DNA of 64,000 nucleotides from NCBI GenBank assembly GCA_964057225.1, contig OZ059896.1:3906001-3970000 (forward strand). The letters run 5' to 3'. Position 1 is the first letter of the stretch; the number at the start of each line of letters is the position of its first letter. The stretch is from Auanema rhodensis. Taxonomy: Eukaryota > Animalia > Nematoda. A model generated the notes under the pieces. It worked only from the letters and a program-made list of their open reading frames with translations, ran no database searches and was not told where the DNA came from. Shown piece by piece: positions 12,110 through 24,413 of this stretch. Position numbers and translations under genes: made by a program.

Positions 12110-15100
12110 ACAAAAATTAGTTATGATCGTTTGAAAAATGATGCATTAGTGTATGTTGAGTTTCCATGTACACTCAACATTGCTTCCAAAAACATTTTGA
12201 CAAAAATTTTCCCGAAAAATTTCAAAATAATTTCACAAAAAGTAGATGTTTTTAGATTCCTTTTTTCAAGACAAAGACGATGGACATTGTTATTCAACAA
12301 AAAAATTAATTCTTCACGGTGAAAATCGAGGATATAAGTGTGAACCTATATCAGTTGATATCTCGGTGCATTTTCAAGCTAGCGCAAATCTGATAACACA
12401 GATCGACGCAGCTTAAAAATCCGCATCGAATGCACTATACTACATTAAGAAAAGCTTAATACAAAAATTAGTTATGATCGTTTGAAAAATGATGCATTAG
12501 TGTATGTTGAGTTTCCATGTACACTCAACATTGCTTCCAAAAACATTTTGACAAAAATTTTCCCGAAAAATTTCAAAATAATTTCACAAAAAGTAGATGT
12601 TTTTAGATTCCTTTTTTCAAGACAAAGACGATGGACATTGTTATTCAACAAAAAAATTAATTCTTCACGGTGAAAATCGAGGATATAAGTGTGAACCTAT
12701 ATCAGTTGATATCTCGGTGCATTTTCAAGCTAGCGCAAATCTGATAACACAGATCGACGCAGCTTAAAAATCCGCATCGAATGCACTATACTACATTAAG
12801 AAAAGCTTAATACAAAAATTAGTTATGATCGTTTGAAAAATGATGCATTAGTGTATGTTGAGTTTCCATGTACACTCAACATTGCTTCCAAAAACATTTT
12901 GACAAAAATTTTCCCGAAAAATTTCAAAATAATTTCACAAAAAGTAGATGTTTTTAGATTCCTTTTTTCAAGACAAAGACGATGGACATTGTTATTCAAC
13001 AAAAAAATTAATTCTTCAGGGTGAAAATCGAGGATATAAGTGTGAACTTATATCAGTTGATATCTCGGTGCATTTTCAAGCTAGCGCAAATCTGATAACA
13101 CAGATCGACGCAGCTTAAAAATCCGCATCGAATGCACTATACTACATGGAGAAACGCTCAATACAAAAATTAGTTATGATCGTTTGAAAAATGATGCATT
13201 AGTGTATGTTGAGTTTCCATGTACACTCAACATTGCTTCCAAAAACATTTTGACAAAAATTTTCCCGAAAAATTTCAAAATAATTTCACAAAAAGTAGAT
13301 GTTTTTAGATTCCTTTTTTCAAGACAAAGACGATGGACATTGTTATTCAACAAAAAAATTAATTCTTCAGGGTGAAAATCGAGGATATAAGTGTGAACCT
13401 ATATCAGTTGATATCTCGGTGCATTTTCAAGCTAGCGCAAATCTGATAACACAGATCGACGCAGCTTAAAAATCCGCATCGAATGCACTATACTACATGG
13501 AGAAACGCTCAATACAAAAATTAGTTATGATCGTTTGAAAAATGATGCATTAGTGTATGTTGAGTTTCCATGTACACTCAACAATGCTTCCAAAAACATT
13601 TTGACAAAAATTTTCCCGAAAAATTTCAAAATAATTTCACAAAAAGTAGATGTTTTTAGATTCCTTTTTTCAAGACAAAGACGATGGACAATGTTATTCA
13701 ACGAAAAAATTAATTCTTCACGGTGAAAATCGAGGATATAAGTGTGAACCTATATCAGTGGATATCTCGGTGCATTTTCAAGCTAGCGCAAATCTGATAA
13801 CACAGATCGACGCAGCTTAAAAATCCGCATCGAATGCACTATACTACATGGAGAAACGCTCAATACAAAAATTAGTTATGATCGTTTGAAAAATGATGCA
13901 TTAGTGTATGTTGAGTTTCCATGTACACTCAACAATGCTTCCAAAAACATTTTGACAAAAATTTTCCCGAAAAATTTCAAAATAATTTCACAAAAAGTAG
14001 ATGTTTTTAGATTCCTTTTTTCAAGACAAAGACGATGGACAATGTTATTCAACGAAAAAATTAATTCTTCACGGTGAAAATCGAGGATATAAGTGTGAAC
14101 CTATATCAGTGGATATCTCGGTGCATTTTCAAGCTAGCGCAAATCTGATAACACAGATCGACGCAGCTTAAAAATCCGCATCGAATGCACTATACTACAT
14201 GGAGAAACGCTCAATACAAAAATTAGTTATGATCGTTTGAAAAATGATGCATTAGTGTATGTTGAGTTTCCATGTACACTCAACAATGCTTCCAAAAACA
14301 TTTTGACAAAAATTTTCCCGAAAAATTTCAAAATAATTTCACAAAAAGTAGATGTTTTTAGATTCCTTTTTTCAAGACAAAGACGATGGACATTGTTATT
14401 CAACAAAAAAATTAATTCTTCACGGTGAAAATCGAGGATATAAGTGTGAACGTATATCAGTGGATATCTCGGTGCATTTTCAAGCTAGCGCAAATCTGAT
14501 AACACAGATCGACGCAGCTTAAAAATCCGCATCGAATGCACTATACTACATGGAGAAACGCTCAATACAAAAATTAGTTATGATCGTTTGAAAAATGATG
14601 CATTAGTGTATGTTGAGTTTCCATGTACACTCAACAATGCTTCCAAAAACATTTTGACAAAAATTTTCCCGAAAAATTTCAAAATAATTTCACAAAAAGT
14701 AGATGTTTTTAGATTCCTTTTTTCAAGACAAAGACGATGGACATTGTTATTCAACAAAAAAATTAATTCTTCACGGTGAAAATCGAGGATATAAGTGTGA
14801 ACCTATATCAGTGGATATCTCGGTGCATTTTCAAGCTAGCGCAAATCTGATAACACAGATCGACGCAGCTTAAAAATCCGCATCGAATGCACTATACTAC
14901 ATTAAGAAAAGCTTAATACAAAAATTAGTTATGATCGTTTGAAAAATGATGCATTAGTGTATGTTGAGTTTCCATGTACACTCAACATTGCTTCCAAAAA
15001 CATTTTGACAAAAATTTTCCCGAAAAATTTCAAAATAATTTCACAAAAAGTAGATGTTTTTAGATTCCTTTTTTCAAGACAAAGACGATGGACATTGTTA

Positions 15101-18100
15101 TTCAACAAAAAAATTAATTCTTCAGGGTGAAAATCGAGGATATAAGTGTGAACCTATATCAGTTGATATCTCGGTGCATTTTCAAGCTAGCGCAAATCTG
15201 ATAACACAGATCGACGCAGCTTAAAAATCCGCATCGAATGCACTATACTACATGGAGAAACGCTCAATACAAAAATTAGTTATGATCGTTTGAAAAATGA
15301 TGCATTAGTGTATGTTGAGTTTCCATGTACACTCAACAATGCTTCCAAAAACATTTTGACAAAAATTTTCCCGAAAAATTTCAAAATAATTTCACAAAAA
15401 GTAGATGTTTTTAGATTCCTTTTTTCAAGACAAAGACGATGGACAATGTTATTCAACGAAAAAATTAATTCTTCACGGTGAAAATCGAGGATATAAGTGT
15501 GAACCTATATCAGTGGATATCTCGGTGCATTTTCAAGCTAGCGCAAATCTGATAACACAGATCGACGCAGCTTAAAAATCCGCATCGAATGCACTATACT
15601 ACATGGAGAAACGCTCAATACAAAAATTAGTTATGATCGTTTGAAAAATGATGCATTAGTGTATGTTGAGTTTCCATGTACACTCAACAATGCTTCCAAA
15701 AACATTTTGACAAAAATTTTCCCGAAAAATTTCAAAATAATTTCACAAAAAGTAGATGTTTTTAGATTCCTTTTTTCAAGACAAAGACGATGGACATTGT
15801 TATTCAACAAAAAAATTAATTCTTCACGGTGAAAATCGAGGATATAAGTGTGAACCTATATCAGTTGATATCTCGGTGCATTTTCAAGCTAGCGCAAATC
15901 TGATAACACAGATCGACGCAGCTTAAAAATCCGCATCGAATGCACTATACTACATTAAGAAAAGCTTAATACAAAAATTAGTTATGATCGTTTGAAAAAT
16001 GATGCATTAGTGTATGTTGAGTTTCCATGTACACTCAACATTGCTTCCAAAAACATTTTGACAAAAATTTTCCCGAAAAATTTCAAAATAATTTCACAAA
16101 AAGTAGATGTTTTTAGATTTCTTTTTTCAAGACAAAGACGATGGACATTGTTATTCAACAAAAAAATTAATTCTTCAGGGTGAAAATCGAGGATATAAGT
16201 GTGAACTTATATCAGTTGATATCTCGGTGCATTTTTAAGCTAGCGCAAATCTGATAACACAGATCGACGCAGCTTAAAAATCCGCATCGAATGCACTATA
16301 CTACATTAAGAAAAGCTTAATACAAAAATTAGTTATGATCGTTTGAAAAATGATGCATTAGTGTATGTTGAGTTTCCATGTACACTCAACATTGCTTCCA
16401 AAAACATTTTGACAAAAATTTTCCCGAAAAATTTCAAAATAATTTCACAAAAAGTAGATGTTTTTAGATTCCTTTTTTCAAGACAAAGACGATGGACATT
16501 GTTATTCAACAAAAAAATTAATTCTTCACGGTGAAAATCGAGGATATAAGTGTGAACCTATATCAGTTGATATCTCGGTGCATTTTCAAGCTAGCGCAAA
16601 TCTGATAACACAGATCGACGCAGCTTAAAAATCCGCATCGAATGCACTATACTACATTAAGAAAAGCTTAATACAAAAATTAGTTATGATCGTTTGAAAA
16701 ATGATGCATTAGTGTATGTTGAGTTTCCATGTACACTCAACATTGCTTCCAAAAACATTTTGACAAAAATTTTCCCGAAAAATTTCAAAATAATTTCACA
16801 AAAAGTAGATGTTTTTAGATTCCTTTTTTCAAGACAAAGACGATGGACATTGTTATTCAACAAAAAATTAATTCTTCAGGGTGAAAATCGAGGATATAAG
16901 TGTGAACTTATATCAGTTGATATCTCGGTGCATTTTTAAGCTAGCGCAAATCTGATAACACAGATCGACGCAGCTTAAAAATCCGCATCGAATGCACTAT
17001 ACTACATTAAGAAAAGCTTAATACAAAAATTAGTTATGATCGTTTGAAAAATGATGCATTAGTGTATGTTGAGTTTCCATGTACACTCAACATTGCTTCC
17101 AAAAACATTTTGACAAAAATTTTCCCGAAAAATTTCAAAATAATTTCACAAAAAGTAGATGTTTTTAGATTCCTTTTTTCAAGACAAAGACGATGGACAT
17201 TGTTATTCAACAAAAAAATTAATTCTTCAGGGTGAAAATCGAGGATATAAGTGTGAACTTATATCAGTTGATATCTCGGTGCATTTTCAAGCTAGCGCAA
17301 ATCTGATAACACAGATCGACGCAGCTTAAAAATCCGCATCGAATGCACTATACTACATTAAGAAAAGCTTAATACAAAAATTAGTTATGATCGTTTGAAA
17401 AATGATGCATTAGTGTATGTTGAGTTTCCATGTACACTCAACATTGCTTCCAAAAACATTTTGACAAAAATTTTCCCGAAAAATTTCAAAATAATTTCAC
17501 AAAAAGTAGATGTTTTTAGATTTCTTTTTTCAAGACAAAGACGATGGACATTGTTATTCAACAAAAAAATTAATTCTTCAGGGTGAAAATCGAGGATATA
17601 AGTGTGAACTTATATCAGTTGATATCTCGGTGCATTTTTAAGCTAGCGCAAATCTGATAACACAGATCGACGCAGCTTAAAAATCCACATCGAATGCACT
17701 ATACTACATTGGGAAACACTCAATACAAACATTAGTTATGATCGTTTGAAAAATGATGCATTAGTGTATGTTGAGTTTCCATGTACACTCAACATTGCTT
17801 CCAAAAACATTTTGACAAAAATTTTCCCGAAAAATTTCAAAATAATTTCACAAAAAGTAGATGTTTTTAGATTCCTTTTTTCAAGACAAAGACGATGGAC
17901 ATTGTTATTCAACAAAAAAATTAATTCTTCACGGTGAAAATCGAGGATATAAGTGTGAACCTATATCAGTTGATATCTCGGTGCATTTTCAAGCTAGCGC
18001 AAATCTGATAACACAGATCGACGCAGCTTAAAAATCCACATCGAATGCACCATACTACATTGGGAAACACTCAATACAAAAATTAGTTATGATCGTTTGA

Positions 18101-21100
18101 AAAATGATGCATTAGTGTATGTTGAGTTTCCATGTACACTCAACATTGCTTCCAAAAACATTTTGACAAAAATTTTCCCGAAAAATTTCAAAATAATTTC
18201 ACAAAAAGTAGATGTTTTTAGATTCCTTTTTTCAAGACAAAGACGATGGACATTGTTATTCAACAAAAAAATTAATTCTTCACGGTGAAAATCGAGGATA
18301 TAAGTGTGAACCTATATCAGTTGATATCTCGGTGCATTTTCAAGCTAGCGCAAATCTGATAACACAGATCGACGCAGCTTAAAAATCCACATCGAATGCA
18401 CTATACTACATTGGGAAACACTCAATACAAAAATTAGTTATGATCGTTTGAAAAATGATGCATTAGTGTATGTTGAGTTTCCATGTACACTCAACATTGC
18501 TTCCAAAAACATTTTGACAAAAATTTTCCCGAAAAATTTCAAAATAATTTCACAAAAAGTAGATGTTTTTAGATTCCTTTTTTCAAGACAAAGACGATGG
18601 ACATTGTTATTCAACAAAAAAATTAATTCTTCACGGTGAAAATCGAGGATATAAGTGTGAACCTATATCAGTTGATATCTCGGTGCATTTTCAAGCTAGC
18701 GCAAATCTGATAACACAGATCGACGCAGCTTAAAAATCCACATCGAATGCACTATACTACATTGGGAAACACTCAATACAAAAATTAGTTATGATCGTTT
18801 GAAAAATGATGCATTAGTGTATGTTGAGTTTCCATGTACACTCAACATTGCTTCCAAAAACATTTTGACAAAAATTTTCCCGAAAAATTTCAAAATAATT
18901 TCACAAAAAGTAGATGTTTTTAGATTCCTTTTTTCAAGACAAAGACGATGGACATTGTTATTCAACAAAAAAAGTAATTCTTCACGGTGAAAATCGAGGA
19001 TATAAGTGTGAACCTATATCAGTTGATATCTCGGTGCATTTTCAAGCTAGCGCAAATCTGATAACACAGATCGACGCAGCTTAAAAATCCGCATCGAATG
19101 CACTATACTACATTAAGAAAAGCTTAATACAAAAATTAGTTATGATCGTTTGAAAAATGATGCATTAGTGTATGTTGAGTTTCCATGTACACTCAACATT
19201 GCTTCCAAAAACATTTTGACAAAAATTTTCCCGAAAAATTTCAAAATAATTTCACAAAAAGTAGATGTTTTTAGATTCCTTTTTTCAAGACAAAGACGAT
19301 GGACATTGTTATTCAACAAAAAAATTAATTCTTCAGGGTGAAAATCGAGGATATAAGTGTGAACTTATATCAGTTGATATCTCGGTGCATTTTTAAGCTA
19401 GCGCAAATCTGATAACACAGATCGACGCAGCTTAAAAATCCGCATCGAATGCACTATACTACATTAAGAAAAGCTTAATACAAAAATTAGTTATGATCGT
19501 TTGAAAAATGATGCATTAGTGTATGTTGAGTTTCCATGTACACTCAACATTGCTTCCAAAAACATTTTGACAAAAATTTTCCCGAAAAATTTCAAAATAA
19601 TTTCACAAAAAGTAGATGTTTTTAGATTCCTTTTTTCAAGACAAAGACGATGGACATTGTTATTCAACAAAAAAATTAATTCTTCACGGTGAAAATCGAG
19701 GATATAAGTGTGAACCTATATCAGTTGATATCTCGGTGCATTTTCAAGCTAGCGCAAATCTGATAACACAGATCGACGCAGCTTAAAAATCCGCATCGAA
19801 TGCACTATACTACATTAAGAAAAGCTTAATACAAAAATTAGTTATGATCGTTTGAAAAATGATGCATTAGTGTATGTTGAGTTTCCATGTACACTCAACA
19901 TTGCTTCCAAAAACATTTTGACAAAAATTTTCCCGAAAAATTTCAAAATAATTTCACAAAAAGTAGATGTTTTTAGATTCCTTTTTTCAAGACAAAGACG
20001 ATGGACATTGTTATTCAACAAAAAATTAATTCTTCAGGGTGAAAATCGAGGATATAAGTGTGAACTTATATCAGTTGATATCTCGGTGCATTTTTAAGCT
20101 AGCGCAAATCTGATAACACAGATCGACGCAGCTTAAAAATCCGCATCGAATGCACTATACTACATTAAGAAAAGCTTAATACAAAAATTAGTTATGATCG
20201 TTTGAAAAATGATGCATTAGTGTATGTTGAGTTTCCATGTACACTCAACATTGCTTCCAAAAACATTTTGACAAAAATTTTCCCGAAAAATTTCAAAATA
20301 ATTTCACAAAAAGTAGATGTTTTTAGATTCCTTTTTTCAAGACAAAGACGATGGACATTGTTATTCAACAAAAAAATTAATTCTTCAGGGTGAAAATCGA
20401 GGATATAAGTGTGAACTTATATCAGTTGATATCTCGGTGCATTTTTAAGCTAGCGCAAATCTGATAACACAGATCGACGCAGCTTAAAAATCCGCATCGA
20501 ATGCACTATACTACATTAAGAAAAGCTTAATACAAAAATTAGTTATGATCGTTTGAAAAATGATGCATTAGTGTATGTTGAGTTTCCATGTACACTCAAC
20601 ATTGCTTCCAAAAACATTTTGACAAAAATTTTCCCGAAAAATTTCAAAATAATTTCACAAAAAGTAGATGTTTTTAGATTTCTTTTTTCAAGACAAAGAC
20701 GATGGACATTGTTATTCAACAAAAAAATTAATTCTTCAGGGTGAAAATCGAGGATATAAGTGTGAACTTATATCAGTTGATATCTCGGTGCATTTTTAAG
20801 CTAGCGCAAATCTGATAACACAGATCGACGCAGCTTAAAAATCCACATCGAATGCACTATACTACATTGGGAAACACTCAATACAAACATTAGTTATGAT
20901 CGTTTGAAAAATGATGCATTAGTGTATGTTGAGTTTCCATGTACACTCAACATTGCTTCCAAAAACATTTTGACAAAAATTTTCCCGAAAAATTTCAAAA
21001 TAATTTCACAAAAAGTAGATGTTTTTAGATTCCTTTTTTCAAGACAAAGACGATGGACAATGTTATTCAACGAGAAAATTAATTCTTCACGGTGAAAATC

Positions 21101-22307
21101 GAGGATATAAGTGTGAACCTATATCAGTGGATATCTCGGTGCATTTTCAAGCTAGCGCAAATCTGATAACACAGATCGACGCAGCTTAAAAATCCGCATC
21201 GAATGCACTATACTACATGGAGAAACGCTCAATACAAAAATTAGTTATGATCGTTTGAAAAATGATGCATTAGTGTATGTTGAGTTTCCATGTACACTCA
21301 ACAATGCTTCCAAAAACATTTTGACAAAAATTTTCCCGAAAAATTTCAAAATAATTTCACAAAAAGTAGATGTTTTTAGATTCCTTTTTTCAAGACAAAG
21401 ACGATGGACAATGTTATTCAACGAAAAAATTAATTCTTCACGGTGAAAATCGAGGATATAAGTGTGAACCTATATCAGTTGATATCTCGGTGCATTTTCA
21501 AGCTAGCGCAAATCTGATAACACAGATCGACGCAGCTTAAAAATCCGCATCGAATGCACTATACTACATGGAGAAACGCTCAATACAAAAATTAGTTATG
21601 ATCGTTTGAAAAATGATGCATTAGTGTATGTTGAGTTTCCATGTACACTCAACAATGCTTCCAAAAACATTTTGACAAAAATTTTCCCGAAAAATTTCAA
21701 AATAATTTCACAAAAAGTAGATGTTTTTAGATTCCTTTTTTTAAGACAAAGACGATGGACAATGTTATTCAACGAAAAAATTAATTCTTCACGGTGAAAA
21801 TCGAGGATATAAGTGTGAACCTATATCAGTGGATATCTCGGTGCATTTTTAAGCTAGCGCAAATCTGATAACACAGATCGACGCAGCTTAAAAATCCGCA
21901 TCGAATGCACTATACTACATTAAGAAAAGCTTAATACAAAAATTAGTTATGATCGTTTGAAAAATGATGCATTAGTGTATGTTGAGTTTCCATGTACACT
22001 CAACATTGCTTCCAAAAACATTTTGACAAAAATTTTCCCGAAAAATTTCAAAATAATTTCACAAAAAGTAGATGTTTTTAGATTCCTTTTTTCAAGACAA
22101 AGACGATGGACATTGTTATTCAACAAAAAAATTAATTCTTCAGGGTGAAAATCGAGGATATAAGTGTGAACTTATATCAGTTGATATCTCGGTGCATTTT
22201 TAAGCTAGCGCAAATCTGATAACACAGATCGACGCAGCTTAAAAATCCGCATCGAATGCACTATACTACATTAAGAAAAGCTTAATACAAAAATTAGTTA
22301 TGATCGT

Positions 22308-24413
22308 TTGAAAAATGATGCATTAGTGTATGTTGAGTTTCCATGTACACTCAACATTGCTTCCAAAAACATTTTGACAAAAATTTTCCCGAAAAATTTC
22401 AAAATAATTTCACAAAAAGTAGATGTTTTTAGATTTCTTTTTTCAAGACAAAGACGATGGACATTGTTATTCAACAAAAAAATTAATTCTTCAGGGTGAA
22501 AATCGAGGATATAAGTGTGAACTTATATCAGTTGATATCTCGGTGCATTTTTAAGCTAGCGCAAATCTGATAACACAGATCGACGCAGCTTAAAAATCCA
22601 CATCGAATGCACTATACTACATTGGGAAACACTCAATACAAACATTAGTTATGATCGTTTGAAAAATGATGCATTAGTGTATGTTGAGTTTCCATGTACA
22701 CTCAACATTGCTTCCAAAAACATTTTGACAAAAATTTTCCCGAAAAATTTCAAAATAATTTCACAAAAAGTAGATGTTTTTAGATTCCTTTTTTCAAGAC
22801 AAAGACGATGGACAATGTTATTCAACGAAAAAATTAATTCTTCACGGTGAAAATCGAGGATATAAGTGTGAACCTATATCAGTGGATATCTCGGTGCATT
22901 TTCAAGCTAGCGCAAATCTGATAACACAGATCGACGCAGCTTAAAAATCCGCATCGAATGCACTATACTACATTAAGAAAAGCTTAATACAAAAATTAGT
23001 TATGATCGTTTGAAAAATGATGCATTAGTGTATGTTGAGTTTCCATGTACACTCAACATTGCTTCCAAAAACATTTTGACAAAAATTTTCCCGAAAAATT
23101 TCAAAATAATTTCACAAAAAGTAGATGTTTTTAGATTTCTTTTTTCAAGACAAAGACGATGGACATTGTTATTCAACAAAAAAATTAATTCTTCAGGGTG
23201 AAAATCGAGGATATAAGTGTGAACTTATATCAGTTGATATCTCGGTGCATTTTTAAGCTAGCGCAAATCTGATAACACAGATCGACGCAGCTTAAAAATC
23301 CACATCGAATGCACTATACTACATTGGGAAACACTCAATACAAACATTAGTTATGATCGTTTGAAAAATGATGCATTAGTGTATGTTGAGTTTCCATGTA
23401 CACTCAACATTGCTTCCAAAAACATTTTGACAAAAATTTTCCCGAAAAATTTCAAAATAATTTCACAAAAAGTAGATGTTTTTAGATTCCTTTTTTCAAG
23501 ACAAAGACGATGGACAATGTTATTCAACGAAAAAATTAATTCTTCACGGTGAAAATCGAGGATATAAGTGTGAACCTATATCAGTGGATATCTCGGTGCA
23601 TTTTCAAGCTAGCGCAAATCTGATAACACAGATCGACGCAGCTTAAAAATCCGCATCGAATGCACTATACTACATTAAGAAAAGCTTAATACAAAAATTA
23701 GTTATGATCGTTTGAAAAATGATGCATTAGTGTATGTTGAGTTTCCATGTACACTCAACATTGCTTCCAAAAACATTTTGACAAAAATTTTCCCGAAAAA
23801 TTTCAAAATAATTTCACAAAAAGTAGATGTTTTTAGATTTCTTTTTTCAAGACAAAGACGATGGACATTGTTATTCAACAAAAAAATTAATTCTTCAGGG
23901 TGAAAATCGAGGATATAAGTGTGAACTTATATCAGTTGATATCTCGGTGCATTTTTAAGCTAGCGCAAATCTGATAACACAGATCGACGCAGCTTAAAAA
24001 TCCACATCGAATGCACTATACTACATTGGGAAACACTCAATACAAACATTAGTTATGATCGTTTGAAAAATGATGCATTAGTGTATGTTGAGTTTCCATG
24101 TACACTCAACATTGCTTCCAAAAACATTTTGACAAAAATTTTCCCGAAAAATTTCAAAATAATTTCACAAAAAGTAGATGTTTTTAGATTCCTTTTTTCA
24201 AGACAAAGACGATGGACAATGTTATTCAACGAAAAAATTAATTCTTCACGGTGAAAATCGAGGATATAAGTGTGAACCTATATCAGTGGATATCTCGGTG
24301 CATTTTCAAGCTAGCGCAAATCTGATAACACAGATCGACGCAGCTTAAAAATCCGCATCGAATGCACTATACTACATGGAGAAACGCTCAATACAAAAAT
24401 TAGTTATGATCGT
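22308..24413 (+). repeat. Local dimeric higher-order repeat, 702 bp x3
   Basis: Two monomer types alternate at 22308/22659, 23010/23361 and 23712/24063. One carries GATTTC, CCACAT, the TGGG cassette and CAAACATT; the other carries ACAATG, AACGAA and GTGGAT. Confidence 0.85.

Larger units (their letters stand above)
11780..12130 (+). repeat. Representative 351-bp monomer (arbitrary phase; 'best-paired' haplotype)
   Basis: Runs TTGAAAAATGATGCATTAG...AAAAATTAGTTATGATCGT. It carries single NsiI (ATGCAT), BsrGI (TGTACA), EcoRV (GATATC) and NheI (GCTAGC) sites. HindIII (AAGCTT) is present only in monomers whose cassette ends AAAAGCTTAAT. Confidence 0.97.

Noticed and set aside
11780-12130. Tandem 5S rRNA, tRNA, snRNA or spliced-leader gene cluster (similar unit sizes exist)
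   Set aside because: No recognisable 5S, tRNA cloverleaf or A/B box, or SL exon sequence on either strand, and GC content is low. This was excluded by eye only, not by covariance-model search.
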